DNA from: Pedosphaera sp.
GTDB lineage: Bacteria > Verrucomicrobiota > Verrucomicrobiia > Limisphaerales > SIBH01
Assembly: GCA_031414955.1 (NCBI GenBank)
Contig: JANOQV010000099.1
Span: forward strand, 1 to 27,655
DNA length: 27,655 bases
Direction of reading: 5' to 3'
This document shows positions 26,691 to 27,655 of this stretch, piece by piece. The position numbers and the translations under genes are program-made. A model generated the notes under the pieces. That model saw only the letters and a program-made list of their open reading frames with translations. It was not told the origin of the DNA and made no database searches. Within the stretch, counting starts at the first letter, position 1; each line of letters opens with the position of its first letter.

Positions 26691-27597
26691 TCACTCCTTC
26701 GTCAGCACTTTCTCCAGTAACTGGTTCAGCCGGGTCAACATCGTGCGCGGGTCTTCCAGCAAGCCCGCCGCGACGCGGGCGTTGTCCAACACCTGTTCGG
26801 CCACGCTGGCGGCCAGAGCGCCGTCCTTGTGCCGCATGGTGTCCAGCCGTGCCATGATGGGGTGCGCGGGATTGATTTCCAGGTCGTGCTTCACGGTCTC
26901 GGGGCCGGACTCCTGCTTCATCGACTGCATCATGCGGCGCATGCTCGCGGTCATGAACTTGTCCGGGTCCACCACCACCGCCGGACTGTCCACGAGGCGT
27001 TGCGAGGCGCGCACCTCGCCGATTTTGTCCCCGAGAGTTTCCTTGAGCCATTGGGCGAGCGACTTGGTGGCGTCCTCCGAGAGCGCGCCTGCCTTCTTCA
27101 CCTCGCTGAGATTCAACTCCGCCTTCTCGGCGAGCTTGAGCGGCTTGCCGTCGAAGGTGTGCAGATGCTCCATCACGAACTCGTCCCACGCGTCGTACAT
27201 GAACAACACCTCGAACTTGCGCTCGCGGAACACTTCGAAGTACGGGCTGCTCTCGGCGGCAGCGCGGTTGGGCGCGAGCAGGCAGTAAATTTCCTTCTGC
27301 TCGGATGACATGCGCTTCACGTAGTCCGCGAGCGAGGTGAGTTGGCCCTTGTCCAAGGATGAGGATTCATAACGGAGCAGCTTGCCCAGAGCCTCCTTGT
27401 GCGTGAAGTCGGTGACCACGCCCTCCTTCAGGAAACGCTGATACTCGCCATAAAACTTCTCGTAGGCCGCCGCTTCCTTCTCCGACTGATCGTCGAGGAA
27501 CTTCAGCAGGCGACCCGTCAGGACCCGGTTCAACTTCTGCATCAGCGAGGTGTCCTGCATCGTCTCGCGCGAGATGTTGAGCGGCAGGTCTTCCGAG
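26691..27597 (-). CDS. htpG: Molecular chaperone HtpG (Hsp90), C-terminal part; 5' portion missing
   Basis: SEDLPLNISRETMQD, FLKEG, LLRYESS, TSLADYVKRM, SPYFE, SQRLVDSPA, LEINPAHP. Confidence 0.95.
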
Positions 27598-27655
27598 CAG
27601 AAGGAAATTTACTGCCTGCTCGCGCCCAACCGCGCTGCCGCCGAGAGCAGCCCGT
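27592..27655. other. 64-bp inverted duplicate of 27242-27305 (fold-back, probable chimera or assembly artefact)
   Basis: The last 64 nt are the exact reverse complement of 27242-27305; the junction is at shared TCCGAG. Confidence 0.85.

Overview
High-GC bacterial chromosome segment. Gene style and repeat families suggest Verrucomicrobiota (Pedosphaera/Limisphaerales-like); this assignment is an inference. From left to right on the minus strand: an exopolysaccharide block of nucleotide-sugar dehydrogenase, a NusG/UpxY-type antiterminator, and a Wzc-like pseudokinase fused in frame to a Wza/Poly_export domain that runs off the left edge and is absent from the ORF track. Next come a DUF4956 + HlyD pair, a GH42 beta-galactosidase, tRNA-Phe(GAA), a ComEC-like MBL hydrolase and an internally deleted LysR remnant. 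An accessory island (~10.4-17.2 kb) holds a 21-bp-periodic array, a helical protein, a 1084-aa secreted protein carrying in-frame REP-like palindromes, and a truncated RHS-like gene cut by a REP-associated tyrosine transposase element. That element has inverted-repeat ends, and its right end is split by short fragments ending in GACC. The right part has an MMPL-acyltransferase-methyltransferase fusion, a PVC-type dehydrogenase-domain protein, a Tat metallophosphoesterase, rlmN (with an in-frame heptamer-repeat insert), several REP/REPIN-like palindromes, and the 3' part of htpG, which ends in a 64-bp fold-back that is probably an artefact. Family assignments come from motif recognition; no database searches were run.
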